Source of the DNA: a virus
Taxonomy: Duplodnaviria > Heunggongvirae > Uroviricota > Caudoviricetes
Reading direction: 5' to 3' (one strand)
DNA length: 64,000 nucleotides
Virus record (IMG/VR): IMGVR_UViG_3300025858_001097
Shown here: in pieces, positions 28,001 to 35,018 of the stretch
How positions within the stretch are numbered: position 1 is the stretch's first letter
Layout: every line of letters begins with the position of its first letter
Translations under genes and position numbers: made by a program
The notes under the pieces: generated by a model
What the model saw: the letters and a program-made list of their open reading frames with translations, nothing else
The model's database searches: none
What the model was told of the DNA's origin: nothing

Positions 28001-30764
28001 GAGCCCCGCTTGTTCCTGAAGTACCACCAGTACCACTCGTACCACTTGTACCACTTGTTCCCCCAGTACCACTAGTTCCACTACTACCTGATGTTCCACT
28101 AGTTCCACTACTTCCAGAAGTGCCTGAAGTTCCACCAGTTCCGCTTGTTCCAGATGAACCAGAAGTACCACTACTGCCCTGAGCTCCTGAAGTTCCAGAT
28201 GTACCACCAGTCCCAGATGTTCCACTAGTTCCGCCAGTTCCGCTAGTTCCACTACTTCCTGAAGTACCTGATGTTCCACTACTACCAGATGTTCCCCCCG
28301 TACCTGAAGTTCCGCTAGATCCAGATGTTCCTCCTGACCCGCTTGTACCAGATGTTCCACTTGTACCGCCAGTTCCGCTAGTTCCACTACTACCTTGAGC
28401 TCCACTAGTTCCACTCGTGCCACTAGTTCCTGAAGTTCCACTACTACCTTGAGCTCCACTAGTTCCACTTGTTCCGCTAGATCCGCTAGTTCCACTAGTA
28501 CCGCTTGTGCCCGATGTACCTGAAGTTCCACTAGAACCACTTGTACCGCTGGTTCCACTGATACCAGTCAATCCACTAGTTCCACTTGTTCCTGAGGTGC
28601 CCCCAGTTCCGCTCGTACCGCTAGATCCAGAAGTACCACTACTACCAGAAGTACCTGAAGAACCTGATGTTCCGCTAGTTCCACTACTACCTGATGTTCC
28701 ACTTGTTCCAGACGTACCACTAGTCCCGCTAGTACCTGAAGTTCCACTAGTTCCACTGGATCCTGAAGTTCCCCCAGTGCCACTAGTTCCACTACTACCT
28801 TGAGCTCCACTAGTTCCAGAAGTCCCACTACTACCTGATGTTCCACTTGTTCCAGAAGTACCACTACTACCCGATGTTCCAGATGTACCACCAGTCCCAG
28901 ATGTTCCACTACTTCCACTAGTCCCTGAAGTTCCTGATGTTCCAGACGAACCACTCGTTCCTGATGTTCCTCCTGTACCTGATGTTCCTCCGGTTCCACT
29001 ACTTCCTTGTGCTCCACTAGTTCCACTGGTTCCTGAAGTTCCGCTACTACCTGTTAAACCACTGGTTCCACTAGAACCACTAGTACCACTACTACCACTA
29101 GTTCCTGATGTTCCGCTTGTACCACTGCTGCCAGATGTTCCACTAGTACCACTACTTCCTGAAGTTCCACTAGTACCACTAGTTCCTGATGTTCCGCTTG
29201 TACCACTGCTGCCAGATGTTCCACTAGTACCACTACTTCCTGAAGTTCCACTAGTTCCGCTACTACCACTAGTTCCAGATGTACCACTACTACCTTGTGC
29301 TCCACTAGTTCCACTACTACCAGTTTCTCCTGATGTTCCGCTGGTTCCGCTTGTACCTGAAGTTCCACTGGAACCAAAACCACTAGTACCAGATGTTCCT
29401 AAACCAGCATCAGTATAAGTAAAAACAATAGGTTCGTCTAATATAAAATTGTTATTTGAATCTATCGGTGTAACATCTAATGTCCACCAAGATCCATTAT
29501 CTGTTTTAGCATCTAAATAAAAAGTTGCAAATTTAGTAGAATCGTATTCATCGAATATTCTGATTCTAGACATTCCATTGGCATTAAGACTACTTAACCA
29601 AGAACTTATATCAACACCATCTTTACTTGTCTGACTTATGTATATTTGAGTTACTGAACCGTATACAGTATTATCAAATTTTAAATATCCAGATAGAGGA
29701 TTTGATGCTGTTGTTCCTGTTAAGAAATAATATGGTTGGCTATCACCTCCAAATATTCCAGATAAACCAGAAGATCCAGGAGAACCCATACCTGATGTTC
29801 CACTAGTTCCACTTACACCACTACTTCCATAAAACCATCCATCAACACCAGATGATCCTGAAGTCCCACTACTTCCAGTTCCACCTTGAATATAAGATAT
29901 TAAATACGATTTCCCGTTTGTAGCTGAACCTCCTCCTGATGCGTAAACTGAAAATCCAGTTATTTCATAAAAATTGCCACCTAATCCAAGATTAACACTA
30001 TTAATGGGAACATTATATATGCCTACAACTGAAAGATTTTCTCTCTCTTCTATTTTTAATACGCCTTGAATATTCCACGAACTTAACCAATTATTTACAA
30101 GATCTCCATTCGCGTCCCATTTATTTATTCTTATATTTGTTACAGCCCCTAAATTTGAATTATTTATGTAGAATTTTCCATTCCCAGGAGTTGATGTACT
30201 ATTATCATAAACCCATTTACGCGTAGCTCCACCATAACCACCATCTATACCGCTACTTCCACTAGTTCCACTACTACCTCCGAGTCCTGATGTACCACTT
30301 GATCCACTAGAGCCTGATGTACCTGAAGATCCTGCTTCGCCGCTACTTCCACTTGTTCCGGATGTACCACTTGTGCCACTTGTTCCTCTACCGCTTGTTC
30401 CGCTTGTGCCACCTGTTCCACTCGTACCTCCAGTTCCACTGGTTCCGCCAGTTCCGTCTCTGCCGCTGCTACCACTTGATCCATCTCTACCACTACTACC
30501 ACTTGTTCCATCAGCTCCGCTTGATCCAAAGAAAACACCATCAACACCCGATGTACCGTCTTTTCCAGATGTGCCACTAGTTCCACCTCCACCACTTCCT
30601 GAAGATGTCGCACCAGTACATGGCAAATAATAAATATTTCCCCACTCGTCCTTTTGCCAAAGGCCGCAAAAACCATCTATAAAATCTTGACCTAAGTATA
30701 TATGCCCCGGATCTGGATTACCAATTAGTTTCGGGTCTACTCTTTGGATTTTTTTGAAACTCAT
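22068..30764 (-). CDS. giant collagen-like fibre protein 3 (2898 aa)
   Basis: Conserved N-terminal domain MSFKKIQRVDPKLIGNPDPGHIYLG. About 2250 residues of uninterrupted Gly-X-Y (mostly GTS/GSS, punctuated by GHD/GKQ/GND/GRD triplets). C-terminal globular domain of about 185 aa. Confidence 0.85.
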   Translation of the reverse strand: MSFKKIQRVDPKLIGNPDPGHIYLGQDFIDGFCGLWQKDEWGNIYYLPCTGATSSGSGGGGTSGTSGKDGTSGVDGVFFGSSGADGTSGSSGRDGSSGSSGRDGTGGTSGTGGTSGTGGTSGTSGRGTSGTSGTSGTSGSSGEAGSSGTSGSSGSSGTSGLGGSSGTSGSSGIDGGYGGATRKWVYDNSTSTPGNGKFYINNSNLGAVTNIRINKWDANGDLVNNWLSSWNIQGVLKIEERENLSVVGIYNVPINSVNLGLGGNFYEITGFSVYASGGGSATNGKSYLISYIQGGTGSSGTSGSSGVDGWFYGSSGVSGTSGTSGMGSPGSSGLSGIFGGDSQPYYFLTGTTASNPLSGYLKFDNTVYGSVTQIYISQTSKDGVDISSWLSSLNANGMSRIRIFDEYDSTKFATFYLDAKTDNGSWWTLDVTPIDSNNNFILDEPIVFTYTDAGLGTSGTSGFGSSGTSGTSGTSGTSGETGSSGTSGAQGSSGTSGTSGSSGTSGTSGSSGTSGTSGSSGTSGTSGTSGTSGTSGSSGTSGTSGSSGTSGTSGTSGSSGTSGSSGTSGLTGSSGTSGTSGTSGAQGSSGTGGTSGTGGTSGTSGSSGTSGTSGTSGSSGTSGTGGTSGTSGSSGTSGTSGTSGSSGTSGTSGAQGSSGTSGTGGTSGSSGTSGTSGTSGTSGTSGTSGTSGSSGTSGTSGSSGTSGSSGTSGSSGTSGTGGTSGTSGTSGLTGISGTSGTSGSSGTSGTSGTSGTSGTSGSSGTSGTSGAQGSSGTSGTSGTSGTSGAQGSSGTSGTGGTSGTSGTSGSGGTSGSSGTSGTGGTSGSSGTSGTSGSSGTSGTGGTSGTSGTGGTSGTSGAQGSSGTSGSSGTSGTGGTSGTSGSSGTSGTSGSSGTSGTGGTSGTSGTSGTGGTSGTSGAQGSSGTSGTGGTSGTSGAQGSSGTSGTSGAQGSSGTSGTGGTSGTSGTGGTSGTSGTSGAQGSSGTSGTGGTSGTSGTSGTSGTSGTSGSSGTSGSSGTSGTSGTSGTSGSSGTSGTSGSSGTSGTGGTSGTNGTGGTSGTNGTSGSSGTSGSSGTSGTGGTSGTSGTGGTSGISGTSGTSGAKGSSGTSGTSGTSGTSGSSGTSGTGGTSGTGGTSGTSGVSGSSGTSGTNGTGGTSGTSGTSGTSGSSGTSGTGGTSGTGGTSGTSGTSGTSGHDGSSGTSGTGGTSGTSGTGGTSGTSGATGSSGTSGTGGTSGTGGTSGTSGTSGSSGTSGTSGKQGSSGTSGTGGTSGTSGTSGTSGTGGSSGTSGTGGTSGTSGAGGTSGTSGATGSSGTGGTSGTNGTSGTSGTSGHDGSSGTSGTSGTSGTGGTSGTSGTSGHDGSSGTSGTSGTGGTSGTGGTSGTSGSSGTSGTSGHDGSSGTSGTGGTSGTSGTGGTSGTSGYDGSSGTSGIGGTSGTGGTSGTSGTSGSSGTSGIGGTSGTGGTSGTSGTSGSSGTSGTSGKQGSSGTSGTGGTSGTSGSSGTSGTGGTSGTNGTSGTGGTSGTSGVDGSSGTSGTGGTSGTSGTGGTSGTSGTSGHDGSSGTSGTSGTSGTSGHDGSSGTSGTSGTSGTGGTGGTSGSSGTSGTSGTSGTGGTSGTNGTGGTSGTSGRDGSSGTSGTGGTSGTSGTSGHDGSSGTSGTSGTSGTSGTSGHDGSSGTSGAGGTSGTNGTGGTSGTSGTSGHDGSSGTSGTSGTSGTSGTNGTGGTSGTGGTSGSSGTSGTSGTSGKQGSSGTSGTSGTSGTSGSSGTSGTGGTSGTSGTAGTSGTSGTSGHDGSSGTSGTGGTSGTSGTSGTSGHDGSSGTSGTGGTSGTSGTAGTSGTSGHDGSSGTSGTSGSSGTSGTSGSSGTSGTGGTGGTSGTGGTSGTSGHDGSSGTSGTGGTSGTSGTGGTSGTGGTSGTSGHDGSSGTSGTGGTSGTSGTGGTSGTSGHDGTSGTSGTSGTGGTSGTNGTGGTSGTGGTSGSSGTSGTNGTSGKQGSSGTSGTSGTSGTNGTSGTSGSSGTSGTSGHDGSSGTSGTGGTSGTSGHDGSSGTSGTGGTSGTSGTGGTSGTSGTSGTSGKQGSSGTSGTGGTSGTSGTSGTSGSSGTSGTGGTSGSSGTSGTSGTSGHDGSSGTSGTGGTSGTSGTGGTSGTSGTSGKQGSSGTSGTGGTSGTGGTSGLTGSSGTSGTGGTSGTNGTGGTSGTGGTSGTSGASGSSGTSGTSGKQGSSGTSGTGGTSGTSGTNGTSGSSGTSGTGGTSGTNGTGGTSGTSGNDGSSGTSGTGGTSGTNGTGGTSGTAGTSGHDGSSGTSGTGGTSGTSGHDGSSGTSGTSGTSGTSGHDGSSGTSGTSGTSGTSGTSGTSGTSGHDGSSGTSGTSGHDGTGGTSGTSGTGGTSGTSGHDGSSGTSGTGGTSGTSGHDGSSGTSGTGGTSGTNGTGGTSGTSGTSGKQGSSGTSGTGGTSGTNGTGGTSGTSGTSGHDGSSGTSGTSGNDGSSGTSGTSGNDGSSGTSGTSGTGGTSGTSGNDGSSGTSGTGGTSGTNGTGGTSGTSGTSGRQGSSGTSGTGGTSGTNGTGGTSGTSGNDGSSGTSGTSGHDGTGGTSGTGGTSGTSGTSGKQGSSGTSGTGGTSGTSGTAGITGSSGTSGTGGTSGTSGTGGTSGTSGTSGKQGSSGTSGTSGARGTSGTSGNDGTSGTSGVSGTSGTSGTSGITGSSGTSGIGVTYYYVNDIPPFSWATAWASQSKIDLSTTHGVTGGNGTSGFSVKVNCYYYMDHLMDTGTTSQMTAIDYSLAAMREYRFNVFVDQTGSYTNYVTDTKTVQHSGYWVKYNSETPSPGRHASIDTQGQIGPNDIDAEALIYSSKPYLLLKNNLRSATGWDPSPSYKLQLKYTVDVIEYSYVSANNTEI
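22626..29400 (-). repeat. about 6.8 kb of continuous 9-bp (Gly-X-Y) coding repeat
   Basis: GGN ACN AGN periodicity throughout; approximate bounds. Confidence 0.8.
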
Positions 30765-30771
30765 TTAAAAA

Positions 30772-30813
30772 GAAAAACGGTTTTTTATACCTATATATAA
30801 AAAACCGTTTTTC
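30772..30813 (-). terminator. perfect 15-bp inverted repeat (A5-CGG-T6) with a TATATA-containing loop, between the pncA-like gene and the fibre 3 start
   Basis: gaaaaacggtttttt [atacctatatat] aaaaaaccgtttttc; T-runs on both strands; ends 9 nt before the fibre 3 ATG. Confidence 0.5.
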
Positions 30814-30841
30814 TTTTTGGTGTGGAGTTGTTATGAAGTTA

Positions 30842-31432
30842 TTATCTTTGCATATCAAAGAAAATTTTATATTTAAATATTTCATCGTCAGATAGAAAAA
30901 TATCCAGATCCATTGAATTTATAATCATAACGCCGTCTTTAGCCATATCTTCGACGATGGGAGTCATTTGATCGAAAAAACGTGTTGCATCTACAATCAA
31001 AAAAGTTTTGAAAAATACAGAGCAATCTTTGGCCGTTTCTTTTACATTGAAATCTCCTGGAAGTCCAACTACATAAACTTCTTTTACATCGTTTTTATCT
31101 AAAAAATCATAAAGATTTAAACCATCTTCATTAACTCCAACAAAACCGCTCAAATCTATGGTTTTCTCACCTTTTGTGAAAATAGTAGTTTCTTTTAAAT
31201 CTAAATCTGGATGAAAATCTGCGCCTTCAGTATTTTGAATACAATGAGGAGGAATTTCATCAGTGAAAGATTTATGATTGACTGGATGCCAATCTCTTGA
31301 TGCTACAGTTAAATCAAATTTATCTTTGATTTCGTTAATTATAGGAATAATTCTATCTCCGAAAGGAACAGGATATGTTCCACCGGGCATAAAATCCTTT
31401 TGAACATCAACAATAAATAAAGCTCTTTTCAT
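30842..31432 (-). CDS. isochorismatase-family protein, PncA (nicotinamidase)-like, with the catalytic Cys position apparently substituted
   Basis: IVDVQKDF (Asp), SRDWHP...PPHC metal-binding residues and TKGE (Lys) are present. The segment aligning to the PncA GIATDHCV reads GLPGDFNV. Confidence 0.55.
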   Translation of the reverse strand: MKRALFIVDVQKDFMPGGTYPVPFGDRIIPIINEIKDKFDLTVASRDWHPVNHKSFTDEIPPHCIQNTEGADFHPDLDLKETTIFTKGEKTIDLSGFVGVNEDGLNLYDFLDKNDVKEVYVVGLPGDFNVKETAKDCSVFFKTFLIVDATRFFDQMTPIVEDMAKDGVMIINSMDLDIFLSDDEIFKYKIFFDMQR

Positions 31433-31433
31433 A

Positions 31434-31799
31434 TTATTCTAATCTAATAACACCACTATCAACTTCAAATGTTTTCTTTTCTACCAGAGTGTCTGGCAAA
31501 ACAAAAGTTTTTCCATCCTGTAAAACCATAACAGTTCCTTTCTTTGGAAAATGAACAGGATTTTTGCATGTTTCGCTATGGAATAAAAAGGAATTAAATG
31601 CTGGTTTTAATGAAAGACGTCCATTGGTTTTCAAATAACCCATGTATTCGTGCCCTTCAATTTCATAAACATATAAGGTGATCCCATTCACGACAACATG
31701 TCTTTTAGCATTCATTTCTTTATCAATATCAACTTTCTGTTTACAACCAGTAAACAGAAAAAGACACATTATTACTAATAATCCTAAAAATTTTTTCAT
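31434..31799 (-). CDS. lipoprotein (121 aa)
   Basis: Signal peptide with lipobox LFTGC. Confidence 0.5.
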   Translation of the reverse strand: MKKFLGLLVIMCLFLFTGCKQKVDIDKEMNAKRHVVVNGITLYVYEIEGHEYMGYLKTNGRLSLKPAFNSFLFHSETCKNPVHFPKKGTVMVLQDGKTFVLPDTLVEKKTFEVDSGVIRLE

Positions 31800-31819
31800 T
31801 TTACAAATATATTAATTTT

Positions 31820-32800
31820 TTAATAGTTAAAAAAATTCTTTTTAACTATATCTATAGCTTTTTGTGTTCTTTCTTCCCAATCAGTTCCACTCACAACCTC
31901 CATTTTTAAATTTTTAGATTTAAAAAAGTTGTATTGGAAATCACCAAGATCATCTCTTTTTTCTTTTGAAAGGCGAGTTCCATCTTGTATATAAGGGGCA
32001 TCTTTATCTAAGAAAATGTATAAATCGAATTTGTTTGCTTCTTCAATCCAATTATCGAATACGGGTTCAAGATCGAAGAAAAATTTAGAATAAGATTTTG
32101 TTGTATTTAAATTTGTGTCGCTAAATAATATCCTATTAGCGTGTTTTATTTCTTCGATTATGCCACTAGCATGAGCTTTTCCAACATTCATGATATCTTT
32201 TATAGTTGTATTGTCTGAATGTTCGATTATATCTCTACCCCACTCTTTTACATAAGATGTTTGAAAAACTTTTGACAATTTTTCTGTAAGAACTGTTTTT
32301 CCAGTACTTTCTGTTCCACACAGACATATTTTCTTAACAAAATAAGGTCTTGCTACAAGTGATATATAATCCCAATACTTGAAAGGATTTTCTCTTATCT
32401 GAGTGCCACTTATTGGAACAGTTTCACGTTTTTCGTCAAATATTACATATCCACAATTCATATACTCAGCAACATACTCTGCGTAAGGTTCTGAAGCAAA
32501 CACAACATCTACATTATCTAAAGTTTTACTTATGTGATCAGCCCATAGTTTAGATACTTCCCTATCAGAAACAGAAGTATATGGAAGTTTTACATCGGTA
32601 TATCTTATAATAACTTTATAATCATCCCTATATTTATCCGTAAGCCAGTGAAGTCTCACGTAACCTGGTATGGTTTCTTTTTCGTCATTCATACATAAAA
32701 GAACATATAAGAGATCACATTTCTCTTTAGCAAAATTTATAAGTGCTTCGTGACCTAAAGAAATTGGTTCTGCTTTTAAAATTATCAGTCCTCTTATCAT
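31820..32800 (-). CDS. nadR: NadR-like bifunctional NMN adenylyltransferase / ribosylnicotinamide kinase (no HTH domain)
   Basis: N-terminal cytidylyltransferase-like PISLGHEAL (H/TxGH); central P-loop GTESTGKT of the RNK domain; 326 aa. Confidence 0.7.
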   Translation of the reverse strand: MIRGLIILKAEPISLGHEALINFAKEKCDLLYVLLCMNDEKETIPGYVRLHWLTDKYRDDYKVIIRYTDVKLPYTSVSDREVSKLWADHISKTLDNVDVVFASEPYAEYVAEYMNCGYVIFDEKRETVPISGTQIRENPFKYWDYISLVARPYFVKKICLCGTESTGKTVLTEKLSKVFQTSYVKEWGRDIIEHSDNTTIKDIMNVGKAHASGIIEEIKHANRILFSDTNLNTTKSYSKFFFDLEPVFDNWIEEANKFDLYIFLDKDAPYIQDGTRLSKEKRDDLGDFQYNFFKSKNLKMEVVSGTDWEERTQKAIDIVKKNFFNY

Positions 32801-33636
32801 TCAAATATTTTTTTTATATTTTTGAAGTTGTTATTTATAATCAGATTATAATCATAATATTTCTTGGATTCATTCATTTTAATTTCATTAATATTTCTTT
32901 TCTTATTCCACAAATAACTTGATTTTATTTCAAAGACTATGTTTGTATTTTTTATTCTATAGTCTATATAATAATTATGTTCTTTTCCGCTATCATCAAA
33001 ATAACTTATACGAGGTCCTCTTTCAATCAAATCAAATTTACCGATGGATTCAACAAATTTTAAAAATTTTAATTCATAACTGCTTTGATAATCTATGCCA
33101 TTATATTGTTTTATTCTTATTCTTCCCCATCCACTATTAGGTTTTCTTCTCCCTTCTTTAAAAGCTTTAATGGCTGCATCACTCATTCTTTTTTTAATAT
33201 CATCAGATAGTTTAGTCCCCTTTCTTTTTTCTGCCATTTTTATCCATCCTTGTTTTTCTTTTATTTTTTGTTTAGAAGATTCCCAAGTAAAAGGGTTTCC
33301 GTTCTCATTCAACCATTTTTTAAGCCCTATTTTAGCATTATTGTTTGGTTTTCCAAAATTTCCGTTTCTATCTCCTTTATTTTGACATTTGGTACAAAAA
33401 TGTTCATTTTTATCTGGTTTTAGATCTCTTATTCTTCTTTCGAATATTACACCACAATCATCACATTTTACTTTTATAAATTTTATTCTATAATCTCTTT
33501 TTGATTTTAGTAATGACCAATGAACTAAAAAAGGTTCGTTTATATTTGGTCTATAACCGAGTGTTTTTTTCCATCTGTCGGGTTGAGTGTAATGTGTTAA
33601 GACAACTTCAACGTTTTCATATTCTTTTATATACAT
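32797..33636 (-). CDS. putative homing endonuclease (zinc finger, NUMOD3-like motif and PD-(D/E)XK-like C-terminus)
   Basis: CDDCG...CTKC; KGTKLSDDIKKRMSDAAIKAFKEG resembles NUMOD3; C-terminal D...E.K pattern (IDYRI...IVFEIKS). Confidence 0.4.
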   Translation of the reverse strand: MYIKEYENVEVVLTHYTQPDRWKKTLGYRPNINEPFLVHWSLLKSKRDYRIKFIKVKCDDCGVIFERRIRDLKPDKNEHFCTKCQNKGDRNGNFGKPNNNAKIGLKKWLNENGNPFTWESSKQKIKEKQGWIKMAEKRKGTKLSDDIKKRMSDAAIKAFKEGRRKPNSGWGRIRIKQYNGIDYQSSYELKFLKFVESIGKFDLIERGPRISYFDDSGKEHNYYIDYRIKNTNIVFEIKSSYLWNKKRNINEIKMNESKKYYDYNLIINNNFKNIKKIFE

Positions 33637-33702
33637 AAGAACTTTTTATTCTTATATATTAAAAACTAAAAATCACTTTTAACCTTTTCATTGTGGTCAT
33701 TT

Positions 33703-34128
33703 TCATTCACTCCAATCTTCTTCACCATACGGATCCAAATCATTAATTATTCTTTTATTGAGTTTATATTCTCTTTTATGTTCTCTCTTTTTTTCTTTCC
33801 ATTCACTATAACTTCCACAATGATGATGTCTTATCATATTACATATATCTGGGAAACTTCTAACTACTTTAGTTGGCAAACTATATATATTTATATCTGA
33901 TGATGCACAATTATCTAATAGATGTAATATATAATCAATAACATAATCTTCATTTTGATCTTTATAATGTTTTAAAAATTTTATAATGTCATCGACATTC
34001 TTCCAGCTTAACTCGATTTTTTTTAAATCTAATATAGCTTGTGCGGCTTCTTCGCGTGTTAAATCTGTTCGATAACCATATTTATCGAAATCTTTAAAAT
34101 CTTCAAATTTAGATAAATTACTTATCAT
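33703..34128 (-). CDS. hypothetical protein with a C-terminal DPYGEEDW motif
   Basis: 141 aa. The motif is shared with 60039..60482 and with the disrupted ORF at 63661..63881. Confidence 0.5.
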   Translation of the reverse strand: MISNLSKFEDFKDFDKYGYRTDLTREEAAQAILDLKKIELSWKNVDDIIKFLKHYKDQNEDYVIDYILHLLDNCASSDINIYSLPTKVVRSFPDICNMIRHHHCGSYSEWKEKKREHKREYKLNKRIINDLDPYGEEDWSE

Positions 34129-34131
34129 ATG

Positions 34132-34452
34132 TCATTTAACTTTTTTAGTTTCATAAATATAACACTCATACCATCTTGAAGATACTCCATATTCACATAA
34201 TACATTTTCAAGAGATTGTTTGGGGAATTTAGTAAAAGATCCTTTTATTTCCAAGAACCAAGAATCTGGCACATATTTTTCTTTTATCCATTCTCTTGGA
34301 TCTTTTTCCCATCCATTTAATATATTATACCAACCTTCACTTTTATATTTATTTGTGAGTTCTCCAACGAGAATTTCTTCGCCATTATTATGTTTAAGAA
34401 TTATAATATCTTCAATTTCAATTTCGTCAAAACTTACTTTTTTCAATTTCAT
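34132..34452 (-). CDS. hypothetical protein (106 aa)
   Basis: ORF track. Confidence 0.5.
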   Translation of the reverse strand: MKLKKVSFDEIEIEDIIILKHNNGEEILVGELTNKYKSEGWYNILNGWEKDPREWIKEKYVPDSWFLEIKGSFTKFPKQSLENVLCEYGVSSRWYECYIYETKKVK

Positions 34453-35018
34453 TGTTGTTTTTTATATATTTTTGTCCAATTAATTAACCCGTAGACGGCT
34501 ACAAAAGTTATCACAATATATTCTAAAGATACTAAATATATTCCTTTTGAATAGAATAACCACACGCTTAACATATCCAATAATATCCATAGAAACCATC
34601 CATATAAATATTTTTTAGATAGAAATACCACAGCAAATATACTCATTGTTGTGACAATAGCATCTAGTAAAGCAAATTGTGGTTGAAAGAATCCCAATAC
34701 ATAACCTCCTAATAAACAAAGAATTAGTATAACAATTCCAGTTATTATTACATTTTTTAATGAAGATATTTTTATCTTTTTACCTATATCTCTTCCCCAA
34801 TATGTCCAACCGTATATTGAAACAATCGTAAAAAAGACTTGAAGCGCAACTTGTCCAAACAATTGATTTTTTAAAAAAAGTATAAAGAAAAATATCTGTC
34901 CGATTATACCAACAGGCCAATTCCAAATTTTGTTTCTAGCAGCCAAAACTACTGCAGCAAAAGAAAACAATGTTCCAAATAATTCTAAATAAGAAAGTGT
35001 ATATCCTAGTAATACCAT
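34449..35018 (-). CDS. pnuC: nicotinamide riboside / NMN transporter PnuC
   Basis: Multi-TM protein with a PnuC-like N-terminal region (FGTLFSFAAVVLAARNKIWNWPVGIIG...IYGWTYW). Confidence 0.75.
   Translation of the reverse strand: MVLLGYTLSYLELFGTLFSFAAVVLAARNKIWNWPVGIIGQIFFFILFLKNQLFGQVALQVFFTIVSIYGWTYWGRDIGKKIKISSLKNVIITGIVILILCLLGGYVLGFFQPQFALLDAIVTTMSIFAVVFLSKKYLYGWFLWILLDMLSVWLFYSKGIYLVSLEYIVITFVAVYGLINWTKIYKKQQ

Noticed and set aside
22684-28803. Many plus-strand Pro/Val/Leu-rich ORFs (for example 22684..23676, 23872..24918, 25114..25746, 27301..27912) and minus-strand Glu/Val/Leu-rich ORFs (22871..24220, 24230..28558) overlapping the giant collagen gene
   Set aside because: They are alternative-frame and antisense readings of the 9-bp GGN-ACN-AGN repeat. 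The collagen frame is the only one with a conserved N-terminal domain, a sensible start and non-repetitive termini. The low-complexity PLVP/VELVE strings are the expected by-product.
22626-29400. Considered whether the highly regular short repeats could be a CRISPR array
   Set aside because: The unit is 9 bp, with no 25-40 bp repeat and spacer alternation, and the region is a continuous protein-coding frame.
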